DNA from: a virus
DNA: 64,000 bases
Virus record (IMG/VR): IMGVR_UViG_3300027860_000007
Coordinates: 1-64,000 of that record
Direction: 5' to 3' (one strand)
The notes beneath the pieces are model-generated. The model was given only the letters and a program-made list of their open reading frames with translations. It had not been told where the DNA came from and ran no database searches. A program made the translations under genes and the position numbers. Positions 36,173 through 45,889 of this stretch are shown here, in pieces. Position 1 is the first letter of the stretch. The number at the start of each line of letters is the position of its first letter.

Positions 36173-37228
36173 TTATTCTGTAGCGTTGCCAAAAACGTGT
36201 GGATGATCTTTCATTAACATATCGAGTTGTTCGTCAGTAATGTTTTTTCTAAATTCTTTAAATTCTCCACTTTTACCACTATAAGCATATCTATTACCTT
36301 CTTTAATTAGAATCTTATTAGATTCAAAGAAATCAAAAAGTCCACTATATTCATCCATGCCTTTATCAAAGGGTATATTGATAGATACTTGTTTAAAAAT
36401 AGCTGAATGGTTAAATCTAGTTTTAGTAACTACACAAACAGCACGAATACCGCTTACTTCAGTAGTTTTATTTCCGTCCTCATCTTCTTTTAATTTTGAT
36501 TTTCTCATTGCCAAAATAATAGAAGAAGCATACATAAACCCATTACCTCCACTAACCACTGGATCTGGAGAAAACATATTTTGACTACTATAAGTATGGT
36601 TAGTTGCAACTACTCCAATATTAAACCTAGCCATTTTTCTATTACAAAAATTAACCAAATGCTTTAGCGTTTTTGCTTTCCTTCCCATATCTCCTTTTAA
36701 ATCTCCAGTTTCTGCCTGATTTATTTCAGTTATAGTCATCAACATTCCTAGAGAATCAATAACAAATAATACTGGAGGTTGTTCTTTTAATGGAAGATTT
36801 CCGTGATCTTTTTCATATTCATCCATAAAATCAGAAATAAATTTACTGACATCATCTACCATGGTTATACCAACTTTTAAAAGTTTTTCTTCGCTGGTAT
36901 CAACATCAAGAGCTTGTAACCATTGTTCATCTATTGCATTTTCAGTATCAATAATAATAGTATAAATGCCTTGTTTTTGAGCATTTCTTACTATGTTACC
37001 ACTAGAAATAAAACTTTTCCCTGAACCACTTTCACCTGCAAGCATGGTAACTCTACTCATAGGAATTCCTTTATTGAAATCTCCACTTATCAAATAGTTA
37101 AGTGTATAATTTCCTGTACTTATCCATAGCTCTGGATCTGTATCAAATCCTACGTTGATACCCTCAATATTTTTTGTAATAGTTTTTCTAAATTTGCTTA
37201 CATCTAATGCTTTAGTCAAATTAGCCAT
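36173..37228 (-). CDS. uvsX: UvsX/RecA-like recombinase
   Basis: GESGSGKS, IDTENA, VIDSLG, NHTY, SGG, KTRF. Confidence 0.95.
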   Translation of the reverse strand: MANLTKALDVSKFRKTITKNIEGINVGFDTDPELWISTGNYTLNYLISGDFNKGIPMSRVTMLAGESGSGKSFISSGNIVRNAQKQGIYTIIIDTENAIDEQWLQALDVDTSEEKLLKVGITMVDDVSKFISDFMDEYEKDHGNLPLKEQPPVLFVIDSLGMLMTITEINQAETGDLKGDMGRKAKTLKHLVNFCNRKMARFNIGVVATNHTYSSQNMFSPDPVVSGGNGFMYASSIILAMRKSKLKEDEDGNKTTEVSGIRAVCVVTKTRFNHSAIFKQVSINIPFDKGMDEYSGLFDFFESNKILIKEGNRYAYSGKSGEFKEFRKNITDEQLDMLMKDHPHVFGNATE

Positions 37229-37254
37229 AGTTTTATCTTTCTTAAACTTAAACG

Positions 37255-37293
37255 AAAAAAGAAACAGTACAGCATTAACTATACTGTTTCTTT
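37255..37293 (-). terminator. Intrinsic terminator after SSB gene
   Basis: aaagaaacagta...tactgtttcttt stem with U-tract on minus strand. Confidence 0.8.
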
Positions 37294-37302
37294 ATTATTA
37301 TC

Positions 37303-38307
37303 TTAGTTTTGTTTATTAGCTCTTAATTTTGCCAAAACATCTCTAACATCTTTGGTAGGCTTTTTAGCTTCTTCTACTACTGGTGCTACTTTTGCAACAG
37401 GAGCTGAATAAGATTCTTCAGTTTCATATTCATCTGAAGAAGTTTCGACTACTTTTGGTGTATATACTTTTGGTTGAGAAGCAGTATTACCACCATTATT
37501 ATTCAAGCCATATGGTCTAAAGATTTTAAATTTTTCTTGATCAAATAGTTCACCATTAATACTCGCTTCAAACAATTCCATCATGAGCGTTAGATAAGTA
37601 CTATCTGGTTCCTTTGACAAGAATTTAGAAAGATCAAATAATCCGTATTGCTCAATAGCTTCACGCTCCGTTTGATTTAGACTTCTTGGCTTTCTTGAAA
37701 AACTACTATTATCATAGTTTGCATATTGACCTTGTTTAGTTTTAACAATTCTAAAATCCAAACCATTATCATAATCAGTAGGTAGTACATCTTCCATATC
37801 AGGATCTTTGATTGCAGCAATAATTTTATCATGCAAGCTCTGATTTAGAACAAAACGTCTAATTGGATTTTCTGGAACATTTTCCTCCTTAAGAACGCTG
37901 TTACATACAAATCCTTGGTAAATGTAACTTACTTTTCTATAATAAGTTCTAGCCAATGCTTTTTCTGCATCAGTACCATTCCACCAATTAAGACTTTTTA
38001 TTTCTTCTTGAATTGGACATTTTTTATTAAAGGTTTCTGGACAAGTAATAGATACTTTTAAAGGTTTTTCTATACTTGCACCCAAAACTCCAGGAAATGG
38101 AAGATTAATAGTTTTTTTAGAAACATGGAACCAGCCATTATCAGGATTACCATCTGGTAAAAACCTTACATGTGCGGTTGAGTTATCTGGAATGTTCCAA
38201 AAAGGATAACTAGCATTATCGCTAGTATTTTCAAATTTTTTCCCTTTATTAGTTTCTTGTTCGATTAGTTTTGCTCTCATTTGAGCCAAAGATAGTTTTT
38301 CTGTCAT
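37303..38307 (-). CDS. Single-stranded DNA-binding protein (gp32-like)
   Basis: VRFLPD, CP..CPI, GLDFRIVK, YANYDNSSF, acidic tail; next to uvsX. Confidence 0.9.
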   Translation of the reverse strand: MTEKLSLAQMRAKLIEQETNKGKKFENTSDNASYPFWNIPDNSTAHVRFLPDGNPDNGWFHVSKKTINLPFPGVLGASIEKPLKVSITCPETFNKKCPIQEEIKSLNWWNGTDAEKALARTYYRKVSYIYQGFVCNSVLKEENVPENPIRRFVLNQSLHDKIIAAIKDPDMEDVLPTDYDNGLDFRIVKTKQGQYANYDNSSFSRKPRSLNQTEREAIEQYGLFDLSKFLSKEPDSTYLTLMMELFEASINGELFDQEKFKIFRPYGLNNNGGNTASQPKVYTPKVVETSSDEYETEESYSAPVAKVAPVVEEAKKPTKDVRDVLAKLRANKQN

Positions 38308-38311
38308 AATT

Positions 38312-38349
38312 AATTTGCCTATAAAAATTTGCCTATAAAAATTTGCCTA
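38312..38349 (-). repeat. 14-bp tandem repeat (about 2.7 copies) in SSB 5' leader
   Basis: aatttgcctataaa at 38312, 38326, partial at 38340. Confidence 0.9.
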
Positions 38350-38444
38350 GATGTACCACTTTCATCGTACAACACAATATATAATTAACATATATTGAAA
38401 AGTTACCTAACATTTTAATTAAATGTTTATCAACTTATATTATT

Positions 38445-38473
38445 ATATTATAGAAATTGGAGTAATTAGTCAA
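38445..38473 (-). promoter_or_regulatory. Sigma70-type promoter for SSB-uvsX-uvsW
   Basis: TTGACT-N17-TAATAT. Confidence 0.7.
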
Positions 38474-38503
38474 AATTAAAATACATTTTAATTAAAATTA
38501 AAG

Positions 38504-38539
38504 AAAAAGCTCATAATCATTTAAGAATATGAGCTTTTT
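38504..38539. terminator. Intrinsic terminator
   Basis: aaaaagctcata...tatgagcttttt. Confidence 0.75.
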
Positions 38540-38561
38540 AAGGTTGAGAGAAAAAAATTTA

Positions 38562-39998
38562 TTATTTTTCTTCTTGTAATAATTTATATTGAATATCTCT
38601 AATTTCATAAAAAATATCATCTATATCACTACGGGATTCCACATGACTCCAATCTGGCATTAAATCTAAAAGAGCTAACAAATATTTTTTTGCAGTACCT
38701 AATTTTTTAAAACCATCACCCATAACTAAGCTAAACCCATTTGACATAAGAGAAACTTGATACATATTATTTTCTTTAAGATTTGGTTTACCTTTCCATC
38801 CAGTGTTAGTAAATCCTTTATGAATAACAAGCCCACCTTTTTGTACTATAATCTTAGCTTCATGTTCAGCATCATAGCCTGCTGGTAACTTTATATGTGT
38901 TAGTTTTTCCTCTTTAGCTTCTGAAATTTCTTCAGATTCCTCACATCTTTTTTTCCAAATAGAATTAAGTTTCTGTATCAATTCTTTTTTTTCAGGTGTA
39001 GGATTAATTTTATATTCAAATTTAAGTTTTTGAAGTTTTATTAAAATAGCACTATCTGGAGCAGTTTCCCATTTTATTGGTGTCATAACTGCTTCTGTGA
39101 TACTCATACTGGCTAGTTCCTTTTCAACTTTATCTTTTAATTTTAATAAAGCAGGATCAATAACTTCTCCTGATAATTCTCTTTTAGAAATTTTTGCTAA
39201 AAATATTTTTTTATCTAATATTTTTATTTCTTTTACAATTTTCTTAAGTTCATTATCTATTTCATGAGAAGGATTTTTATAAAATTCATTAGCTAATTCA
39301 TCACTTTTTTTACTTAATGCAGCACGTTTTGAAATTAAAGGATCAATGTCGTTTACTTTATATTCACTTTTAAGTACTTTTTCAAGTTGCTCTTTCTTTG
39401 AGAGCAATCTATCATCAACTATTCTTCCTTGCATTTCTATTTTTTTATTAACTGCTGCAAGCATATCTTCAATATCTTGTTTTGAAAAGGATTCATTAAT
39501 ATTTTTTTCTTGATCTCTTGCTCTTTTTTCGTTTTTATCACCTAAGTGTTTATTATAATCCATTGCAGCAAGTTTGGCTGCTTTTTGAGATAAGTAATGT
39601 CCTACGACTTTATCTGCCTTTTCTGCATCCCACATTACATATACTGCCCATTTTCCAGCCTTATCATCAAATTCATAATAATAATGTTTTTCAAATGGTG
39701 CAGGGAAATCTAAGACTTCTTCTTTAAGATTACTATATGTATCTGTTAGTTTAGCTCTTTCATCGTAAATAGAATCAAGTTTTCTTTCTAAGCTAGCTAT
39801 TTTATCTTTATTGTTTTCAGTAGCATATAAATCTATTAGTTCTGACAAAATCTCATCACACATTTTTACAAGTTCATCTTCTTTTTTTCTAACTTGTTTT
39901 TTACTAATAAATTGACCTTTTTCTGGAAAAGTCAAAACTTGACTTTCAAAAAGTGCTTTATCTTTACTTAATTGATCTAGTAATATTTCATTTGTCAT
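38562..39998 (-). CDS. Late Lys/Glu-rich polyprotein (possible prohead core / internal protein)
   Basis: AATAAATA at 40025; linkers LFES, LKEE, INES, ITEA, ISEA; downstream of terminase. Confidence 0.55.
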   Translation of the reverse strand: MTNEILLDQLSKDKALFESQVLTFPEKGQFISKKQVRKKEDELVKMCDEILSELIDLYATENNKDKIASLERKLDSIYDERAKLTDTYSNLKEEVLDFPAPFEKHYYYEFDDKAGKWAVYVMWDAEKADKVVGHYLSQKAAKLAAMDYNKHLGDKNEKRARDQEKNINESFSKQDIEDMLAAVNKKIEMQGRIVDDRLLSKKEQLEKVLKSEYKVNDIDPLISKRAALSKKSDELANEFYKNPSHEIDNELKKIVKEIKILDKKIFLAKISKRELSGEVIDPALLKLKDKVEKELASMSITEAVMTPIKWETAPDSAILIKLQKLKFEYKINPTPEKKELIQKLNSIWKKRCEESEEISEAKEEKLTHIKLPAGYDAEHEAKIIVQKGGLVIHKGFTNTGWKGKPNLKENNMYQVSLMSNGFSLVMGDGFKKLGTAKKYLLALLDLMPDWSHVESRSDIDDIFYEIRDIQYKLLQEEK

Positions 39999-40039
39999 TG
40001 GTAAAATTCCTTATAATTTAATTATATTTATTAAAAAAT

Positions 40040-41644
40040 CTAATTAAAAACTCCCCAAAGTGGTGTTTGTCTTTCTTCATCAGAATCATCAACACTTTCG
40101 GAAAATTCTTCTCTAATAAAATCATCGTAATTCATTACTCGTTCTAATAGGCAAATAATAATAATCGTTGCCATAACTAAATCATCATGTTCAGTTCCTT
40201 TAGCTGCAAAACTTGCACCTTTACTAACAAAATTTTTAAGTTGACTTACCAATGGTCTGCTTGTAATGTGTAATCTGTTTTTTTCTATTAGGCTTTTTAA
40301 TTTAGCACAGGCTTTAAGTTTTGCAGAATTGGTCATATTAAAACCACGTCTATCTATAGAAGTTCTACCATTTTTTTTATCACTAATATAAGTTCCGGGG
40401 AAATTATCTTCACCAATTTCTCTAATAATAACATTAGCACTATCTAAATTGTTCTCTAAACTCCAGTATATCTCACCATCACGATTACTTCCGTTTATAT
40501 CTTGATTTTCTTGAATATATTTTAGAATTTCTCTTAATAATTTTACTTGATGTTCTATTCCTGTTTTATTATGCTGCCACTCTGCCACTTGAATCATTTC
40601 AGGAAGTTGAAAAACTTGTATTGCTGCTGGGTCTCTCCCAACACCCATACTAGGATCTAATGCAACTAAATAGGTTTTATTTGGTAATGGTCTGCTATAC
40701 CATCTTACTCTACCCATAACAAATTCAGGGTCTTTACCTTTTAATTTAGCTAAACATTGAGCATCTATCAAGGTATCCTCAGATGTTAAGAATACACAAG
40801 CATGTTCTCTTTCAAATTTAGTATCATCATTTAATACTGCTCTTTCTGCCTTTTCCCATGCTTCATTTCTTCCTGGATGATCTGACCAAATAAATTTAGT
40901 AGCCTTAAATTGATTTCTTCCTACACCATTAGGTAATTCATTACCATATTCATCAAAAGTATTTGTAGCGTCAAACCAAATTTTAGCAAAAGTATCTTCA
41001 TCACTGCTTGGAGTGCTAGTAATTATACATTTTCCTTTAGAACTGCTTAATGTTGGCCATACTGCTGCAAAGAACTCACGCTGTATTTTTGGGTCAATAA
41101 CTGCAAATTCATCACAATAAACTAATGATAAACTTAAACCCCTTGCACTATTTTTGGTAGTAGCTCTCGCTAATATTCTACTTTTATTATCAAATCCTAC
41201 ACTTTTTTTGTTATAGTATTCAACGCCTGGCTTTAACCAATTTGGTAAAAGTTCATAACTATATTTTATTCTATCTAATATTTCTATTGCACCTTCTTGA
41301 ACATTGCTTAATATAAGAATAGTTTGAGTACTATTAAAGATAGCTAACCATAAAATATATGCCATAGAGCAAGTTGATTTTCCTAACTGCCTAGAAACAA
41401 GTGTTATATTAGCACGATGATTAATAAAATTATTGATTATTTCTTTTTGAAAATCATAAAGAAGGAATTTTTTATTTCCACTTTCAGAAACTATATAAAC
41501 ATAGTTTTCGATAAAATAAAAAGGATCGCTGGCACATTTTAACAACTCCTCAATCTGATAAGGAGTAAATTCCTGTTTCTGGTTTGCAACTTTTACAGGA
41601 TTTTCTGTTTCTATTATAACTGGTTGTTTAGGTTTTTTTGACAT
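40040..41644 (-). CDS. Terminase large subunit (gp17-like)
   Basis: LYDFQ, SRQLGKS, VYCDEFA, ITSTP, ALDPSMG, HDDLVMA. Confidence 0.95.
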   Translation of the reverse strand: MSKKPKQPVIIETENPVKVANQKQEFTPYQIEELLKCASDPFYFIENYVYIVSESGNKKFLLYDFQKEIINNFINHRANITLVSRQLGKSTCSMAYILWLAIFNSTQTILILSNVQEGAIEILDRIKYSYELLPNWLKPGVEYYNKKSVGFDNKSRILARATTKNSARGLSLSLVYCDEFAVIDPKIQREFFAAVWPTLSSSKGKCIITSTPSSDEDTFAKIWFDATNTFDEYGNELPNGVGRNQFKATKFIWSDHPGRNEAWEKAERAVLNDDTKFEREHACVFLTSEDTLIDAQCLAKLKGKDPEFVMGRVRWYSRPLPNKTYLVALDPSMGVGRDPAAIQVFQLPEMIQVAEWQHNKTGIEHQVKLLREILKYIQENQDINGSNRDGEIYWSLENNLDSANVIIREIGEDNFPGTYISDKKNGRTSIDRRGFNMTNSAKLKACAKLKSLIEKNRLHITSRPLVSQLKNFVSKGASFAAKGTEHDDLVMATIIIICLLERVMNYDDFIREEFSESVDDSDEERQTPLWGVFN

Positions 41645-41650
41645 ATTTAC

Positions 41651-41658
41651 TATTTATA
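41651..41658 (-). promoter_or_regulatory. T4-like late promoter TATAAATA
   Basis: Exact consensus 6 nt upstream of terminase ATG. Confidence 0.65.
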
Positions 41659-41682
41659 TAGCAAATATGTCATTATTGCTTT

Positions 41683-41907
41683 TTAAATCAAATTAACAAT
41701 TATTTTGACATTAAAATTAATAGTGTCATTGTCACATTCAATATGAACTCCTTTAACTATTAAAAGTTTAGTGAATAGAGACTTTAGCCTTCTATGGTTT
41801 TTGCAAGGATAGATAAAAGTAATTTCTGCTTTGTTATCAACATGTTTTTTGTCAAAATTTATAAACATTTTTTGTAATAATGTAATTACTATATCTAAAT
41901 TTTTCAT
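41683..41907 (-). CDS. Hypothetical protein
   Basis: ORF track. Confidence 0.5.
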   Translation of the reverse strand: MKNLDIVITLLQKMFINFDKKHVDNKAEITFIYPCKNHRRLKSLFTKLLIVKGVHIECDNDTINFNVKIIVNLI

Positions 41908-41949
41908 AATAAAATTTTTTACTTAATCCATTTATCTATTTAAAAAGTT

Positions 41950-43575
41950 TTAGTACATTCCTCCGCCTTGATTTGGTACTTTGTCTTTTTCTTCTATTGG
42001 AGAATCAACAATTACAGCCTCAGTCGTTATTAATAGACTACTAACGCTTACTGCATCTTCTAAAGCAGTTCTTACTACTTTGGTTGGATCAATAATACCT
42101 AGTTTCATCATATCGCCATATTCTAAGTTTTGAGCATCGAACCCATAGTTAGTATTTTTATGCCTGCTAACATTATAAACAACTTCGCTAGAATCAATAC
42201 CAGCGTTAGTTGCAATTTGTCTAATAGGAGCTTCTAATGCTTTTTTAATAATATCAATACCTGCTTGTTGATCTGTATTTTTTGCTTTCAAATCCTTTAA
42301 TACTTTAACAGAGAACAATAAAGCACTTCCGCCACCTGGTACAATACCCTCTTCAACTGCTGCTCTAGTAGCATGAAGTGCATCATCTACCCTATCTTTT
42401 CTTTCCTTTACTTCTACTTCAGTAGTTCCACCTACTTTCAACACAGCAATACCACCAGTCAATTTTGCAATTCTTTCTTGCATTTTTTCTTGGTCATATG
42501 GACTTTTAGTAATACTTATTAACTGTCTAATTTCAGCAACACGTTGTTCAATGTTTTCTTTTGAACCACTTCCGCCTACAATGGTAGTTGTTTCTCTATT
42601 AATAATAACCCGTTTTGCTTGTCCTAGCATTTCAACAGTTACGTTTTCTAGTCTAGTACCAAAATCTTCGCTTACTACGCTTCCATTGGTTAAAATTGCT
42701 ATATCAGTTAATAGTTCTTTTTTGGTATCGCCATAACCTGGAGATTTAACTGCAACAAATTTTAGATTATTTTGAATTTTATTTAAAACTAAAGTACTAA
42801 TAACTTCATTGTCAAAGTCATCTGCAATAATAACTAATGCTCTGCTTGCTTGAGCTATTGAATTACAGATATTAACTAAATCCTTCATGGAGTGAATTTT
42901 TTTATCATACATTAAAATAAAAGGATTTTCAAAATCTACCGTTCCTTTTTCAGGATTAGTCATAAAGTATGGACTTAAATACCCTCTATCAAATTGTAAT
43001 CCTTCAACTATTTGTACTTCAAACTCAACGCCTTTTGCTTCTTCTACAGTAATTACGCCTTCTTTACCTACATAAGACATCGCTTCTGCAATTTTTTCAC
43101 CAATAAGTCTATCACCGTTAGCAGAAATTGTACCTACTTGAGCAATTTCTGCATTGTCATGAACTGGTCTACTACGTTTTTTTAAATCTTTGATTACTTC
43201 TGCAACAGCAAGTTCCATACCTCTTTTAATATCCATTGGATTCAAACCAGCAGCAACTACTTTACTTCCTTCAACCGCAATAGCTCTTGCAAGCACTGTA
43301 GCTGTTGTAGTGCCATCACCAGCTAAATCAGCAGTTTTACTTGCCACTTGCCTAATAAGCTGTGCTCCAATGTCTTCATATGGATCCTTTAAGCTAATTT
43401 CTTTAGCAACACTAACACCATCTTTAGTTACATGTGGACCACCATATTTTTTAGCGATAACAACATGTCTTCCTCGTGGACCCAAGGTTACAGCGACAGC
43501 ATTAGCTAACTTTTCAACACCTGCAAGTATTTTTGCTCTTGCATTAACACCAAATTCTAAATCTTTTGCGACCAT
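41950..43575 (-). CDS. groEL: Chaperonin GroEL
   Basis: [48 protein letters not shown] tail. Confidence 0.97.
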   Translation of the reverse strand: MVAKDLEFGVNARAKILAGVEKLANAVAVTLGPRGRHVVIAKKYGGPHVTKDGVSVAKEISLKDPYEDIGAQLIRQVASKTADLAGDGTTTATVLARAIAVEGSKVVAAGLNPMDIKRGMELAVAEVIKDLKKRSRPVHDNAEIAQVGTISANGDRLIGEKIAEAMSYVGKEGVITVEEAKGVEFEVQIVEGLQFDRGYLSPYFMTNPEKGTVDFENPFILMYDKKIHSMKDLVNICNSIAQASRALVIIADDFDNEVISTLVLNKIQNNLKFVAVKSPGYGDTKKELLTDIAILTNGSVVSEDFGTRLENVTVEMLGQAKRVIINRETTTIVGGSGSKENIEQRVAEIRQLISITKSPYDQEKMQERIAKLTGGIAVLKVGGTTEVEVKERKDRVDDALHATRAAVEEGIVPGGGSALLFSVKVLKDLKAKNTDQQAGIDIIKKALEAPIRQIATNAGIDSSEVVYNVSRHKNTNYGFDAQNLEYGDMMKLGIIDPTKVVRTALEDAVSVSSLLITTEAVIVDSPIEEKDKVPNQGGGMY

Positions 43576-43591
43576 TTTAATTTTCTTTCTT

Positions 43592-43843
43592 TTATATTGT
43601 GAATTTTTCTATTTTATATGGATCTATGCTGTGAAGACTTTTAAAATATTTAATAGTCACTTTAACACCTTTAGAACGTAAAATTGTTGGTAATTTATAA
43701 TAATCATATTTTTTTGTTTTTCTATCATAAATTTTATTAGTAATATTAGATAACTTTCTATTATAATCATTTAATTGAAAATCAATATATGTTATTAAAA
43801 AACCTTGCCTTCCTGTATAAGTGTGTAAAATAGTTTTACGCAT
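43592..43843 (-). CDS. Small basic protein, tandem paralog B
   Basis: Shares [28 protein letters not shown] with 43836-44102. Confidence 0.65.
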   Translation of the reverse strand: MRKTILHTYTGRQGFLITYIDFQLNDYNRKLSNITNKIYDRKTKKYDYYKLPTILRSKGVKVTIKYFKSLHSIDPYKIEKFTI

Positions 43844-44102
43844 AGTTAAATCTTTCTACTTTATATGGAGGTTCAGACCAATTTCTATAATATTTAATAG
43901 TCACTTTAACACCTTTAGAACGTAAAATTGTTGGTAATTTATAATAATCATATTTTTTTGTTTTTCTATCATACATTTTATTAGTAATATTACCAAGAGA
44001 TAAGTTTCTATTATAATCATTTAATATAAAATTAAAATGAACTATAAAAAAACTTTTTAATCCTTCATAGGGGTAATGACGAAAACTAAAAGTTTTACGC
44101 AT
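43836..44102 (-). CDS. Small basic protein, tandem paralog A
   Basis: Near-identical DNA core with 43592-43843. Confidence 0.65.
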   Translation of the reverse strand: MRKTFSFRHYPYEGLKSFFIVHFNFILNDYNRNLSLGNITNKMYDRKTKKYDYYKLPTILRSKGVKVTIKYYRNWSEPPYKVERFNYA

Positions 44103-44109
44103 AGTTAAA

Positions 44110-44400
44110 TTACTCCAATATTACATGTATATCTGATTCTTTTACTATAAGATATTTTTGATTATCTAATTCTAATTCAACTCCAGATGTCTTTGGAAAA
44201 CATACTTTTTGATTAATTTTCAAATTTACTGGGGTAATAACACCATTTTCATTATAGTTACCAGCACCAATAGCAATAACTGTTCCAATAATATTTTTAT
44301 CATTGTTAGAACCATTTAACGCAATCATGCCTATTTGTTTAACAGGTTCATCTGGTTTAATCAAAACTTTGTCTTGAACTGGTTTAAAATTCATAATCAC
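44110..44400 (-). CDS. groES: Co-chaperonin GroES
   Basis: FKPVQDKVLI, GTVIAIGAG, YLIVKESDI. Confidence 0.9.
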   Translation of the reverse strand: MIMNFKPVQDKVLIKPDEPVKQIGMIALNGSNNDKNIIGTVIAIGAGNYNENGVITPVNLKINQKVCFPKTSGVELELDNQKYLIVKESDIHVILE

Positions 44401-44663
44401 TAAACCTTTTTCTTATTAAAAACTATTATTAATATGATATTAAAGCATATCCACAAGAAAGTCAATATTCCAGTTGCTTGTTCGTGGTAATTTCTTAAAT
44501 GTTCATCTAAAAAGATATATGGCCAAAAAAGATATATGACAGTAATAGCTGGTACGCCAACAAACATGATAAAATAACAAATTATCACATATAAAATATA
44601 AAAAAATTCTGAAATTTGTTCTTTCATATAGCTATGCTTCATTAATATATTGGTTGATTTCAA
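44400..44663 (-). CDS. Small two-TM membrane protein
   Basis: Two hydrophobic segments; start uncertain. Confidence 0.55.
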   Translation of the reverse strand: MKSTNILMKHSYMKEQISEFFYILYVIICYFIMFVGVPAITVIYLFWPYIFLDEHLRNYHEQATGILTFLWICFNIILIIVFNKKKV

Positions 44664-45231
44664 AAATTGTCAATGAATATTCGCTAACTAAATTTAGTTT
44701 TTTTCTAATTTCTTCTTTAGAAATTCCGCATTTCACTAAGCCACCAAACGCTTCCATTAAAAACGATGAACTATAACCAATCACACCATCAAGGAATACA
44801 GTTATCTTCTGACTATTCCTAAAGGCAGGTAACAATAAAGAATCTCTGAATAACTCTCCACTAAATTCTCCATCAGTTTTATATCTGCCTGCTGGAAATT
44901 TAGAAAAATCTTTACTTACATTTATAATAGTCTCTATTTCCCTTGTTTCATGCTTATTATTTAAAAGAGTATCTATTTTTTCTTTTATGCTCTTTATTTC
45001 ATCCTTAATAATTGGAGAAAATATTTGATAAGCTAGAGATGGCTCATAATCAAGATTAAAAACATTTTCTTTATCAAACGAAAATGTCACCTTAATGTTT
45101 GAAAAATTATTTAAATTATTAGATTGTATTTTAAGTGCATTGTTTATATTATTTGAAAGCCTTTCATAAGTAATTAAATTGCTTACTAACTCTTTAAAAT
45201 AATTCAATTCATAATTAGTTAAATTTTTCAT
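44632..45231 (-). CDS. Protein with C-terminal STAS-like (DUF4325) domain
   Basis: DFSKFPAGRY..DGEFSGELFR..LDGVIGYSSSFLMEAFGGLV. Confidence 0.75.
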   Translation of the reverse strand: MKNLTNYELNYFKELVSNLITYERLSNNINNALKIQSNNLNNFSNIKVTFSFDKENVFNLDYEPSLAYQIFSPIIKDEIKSIKEKIDTLLNNKHETREIETIINVSKDFSKFPAGRYKTDGEFSGELFRDSLLLPAFRNSQKITVFLDGVIGYSSSFLMEAFGGLVKCGISKEEIRKKLNLVSEYSLTIFEINQYINEA

Positions 45232-45385
45232 TTATAACTCTTTTGTTAAATTCCACTAAATAATCTAAAATTGAAACTGCTTCATATGTTAGATTATTTA
45301 ATTTTTCAATTAGGGTTTCATCAAAAGTTTCAAAAATAACTTCTTTTGATATTTTATTACGAATTACCCATGAAGCGGTTTTCAT
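45215..45385 (-). CDS. Small phage hypothetical protein (56 aa, not in ORF track)
   Basis: MKTASWVIRNK..EVIFETFD..YEAVSILDYL; coupled to flanking genes. Confidence 0.65.
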   Translation of the reverse strand: MKTASWVIRNKISKEVIFETFDETLIEKLNNLTYEAVSILDYLVEFNKRVINEKFN

Positions 45386-45825
45386 TACCATTTAGGCAAA
45401 CTTTTTAATTCTAAAGTTCTACCAACAGCCATCCAGTTTGCTCTTTTGGTTATATTTTTGATCATGTGCCAAGATAGGTCAGTACAATGTTCTATCATAA
45501 GGAATTGTATTTCTTCACTTGGATTTTCAATATGTCTGATAGCCCATTCTGCATTTATTACAGAAACTATTTTTTGTATTTTTTCGTCATTTAGATGTTC
45601 ATCTGATAAAAGATCAACTAATGTTTTGTTATGACTTTTTAAAAATTTAAGCAATTTTAATAATTTAGTTTCTCTAATAGTTTCGATATTTTCATTTTTG
45701 TAAAAATTAATAACATCAACATCCATGCCGTACATATTTAAAATATAGTTCACTACGGATTGAACACTCTCAAACCCAAATTGTTCTTTTATTTTAAGAA
45801 AATCAAATAATTCTTGTTCTACCAT
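45385..45825 (-). CDS. Hypothetical early protein
   Basis: Upstream TTGACT-N17-TAGAAT; AIRHIENPSEEIQ repeat-like motif. Confidence 0.65.
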   Translation of the reverse strand: MVEQELFDFLKIKEQFGFESVQSVVNYILNMYGMDVDVINFYKNENIETIRETKLLKLLKFLKSHNKTLVDLLSDEHLNDEKIQKIVSVINAEWAIRHIENPSEEIQFLMIEHCTDLSWHMIKNITKRANWMAVGRTLELKSLPKW

Positions 45826-45889
45826 AAAATATCTTTCTTTTTTAATTATATAAAAATATTCTATTACATATTTAATCTTTAGTCAAGAG

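Noticed and set aside
34704-41644. Introns or inteins in uvsW, uvsX, SSB or terminase
   Set aside because: ORFs are continuous, of normal length, with no intein motifs
43592-44110. DGR or IS-related origin of the tandem repeat
   Set aside because: Contains indels and blockwise divergence; no RT, transposase or terminal inverted repeats
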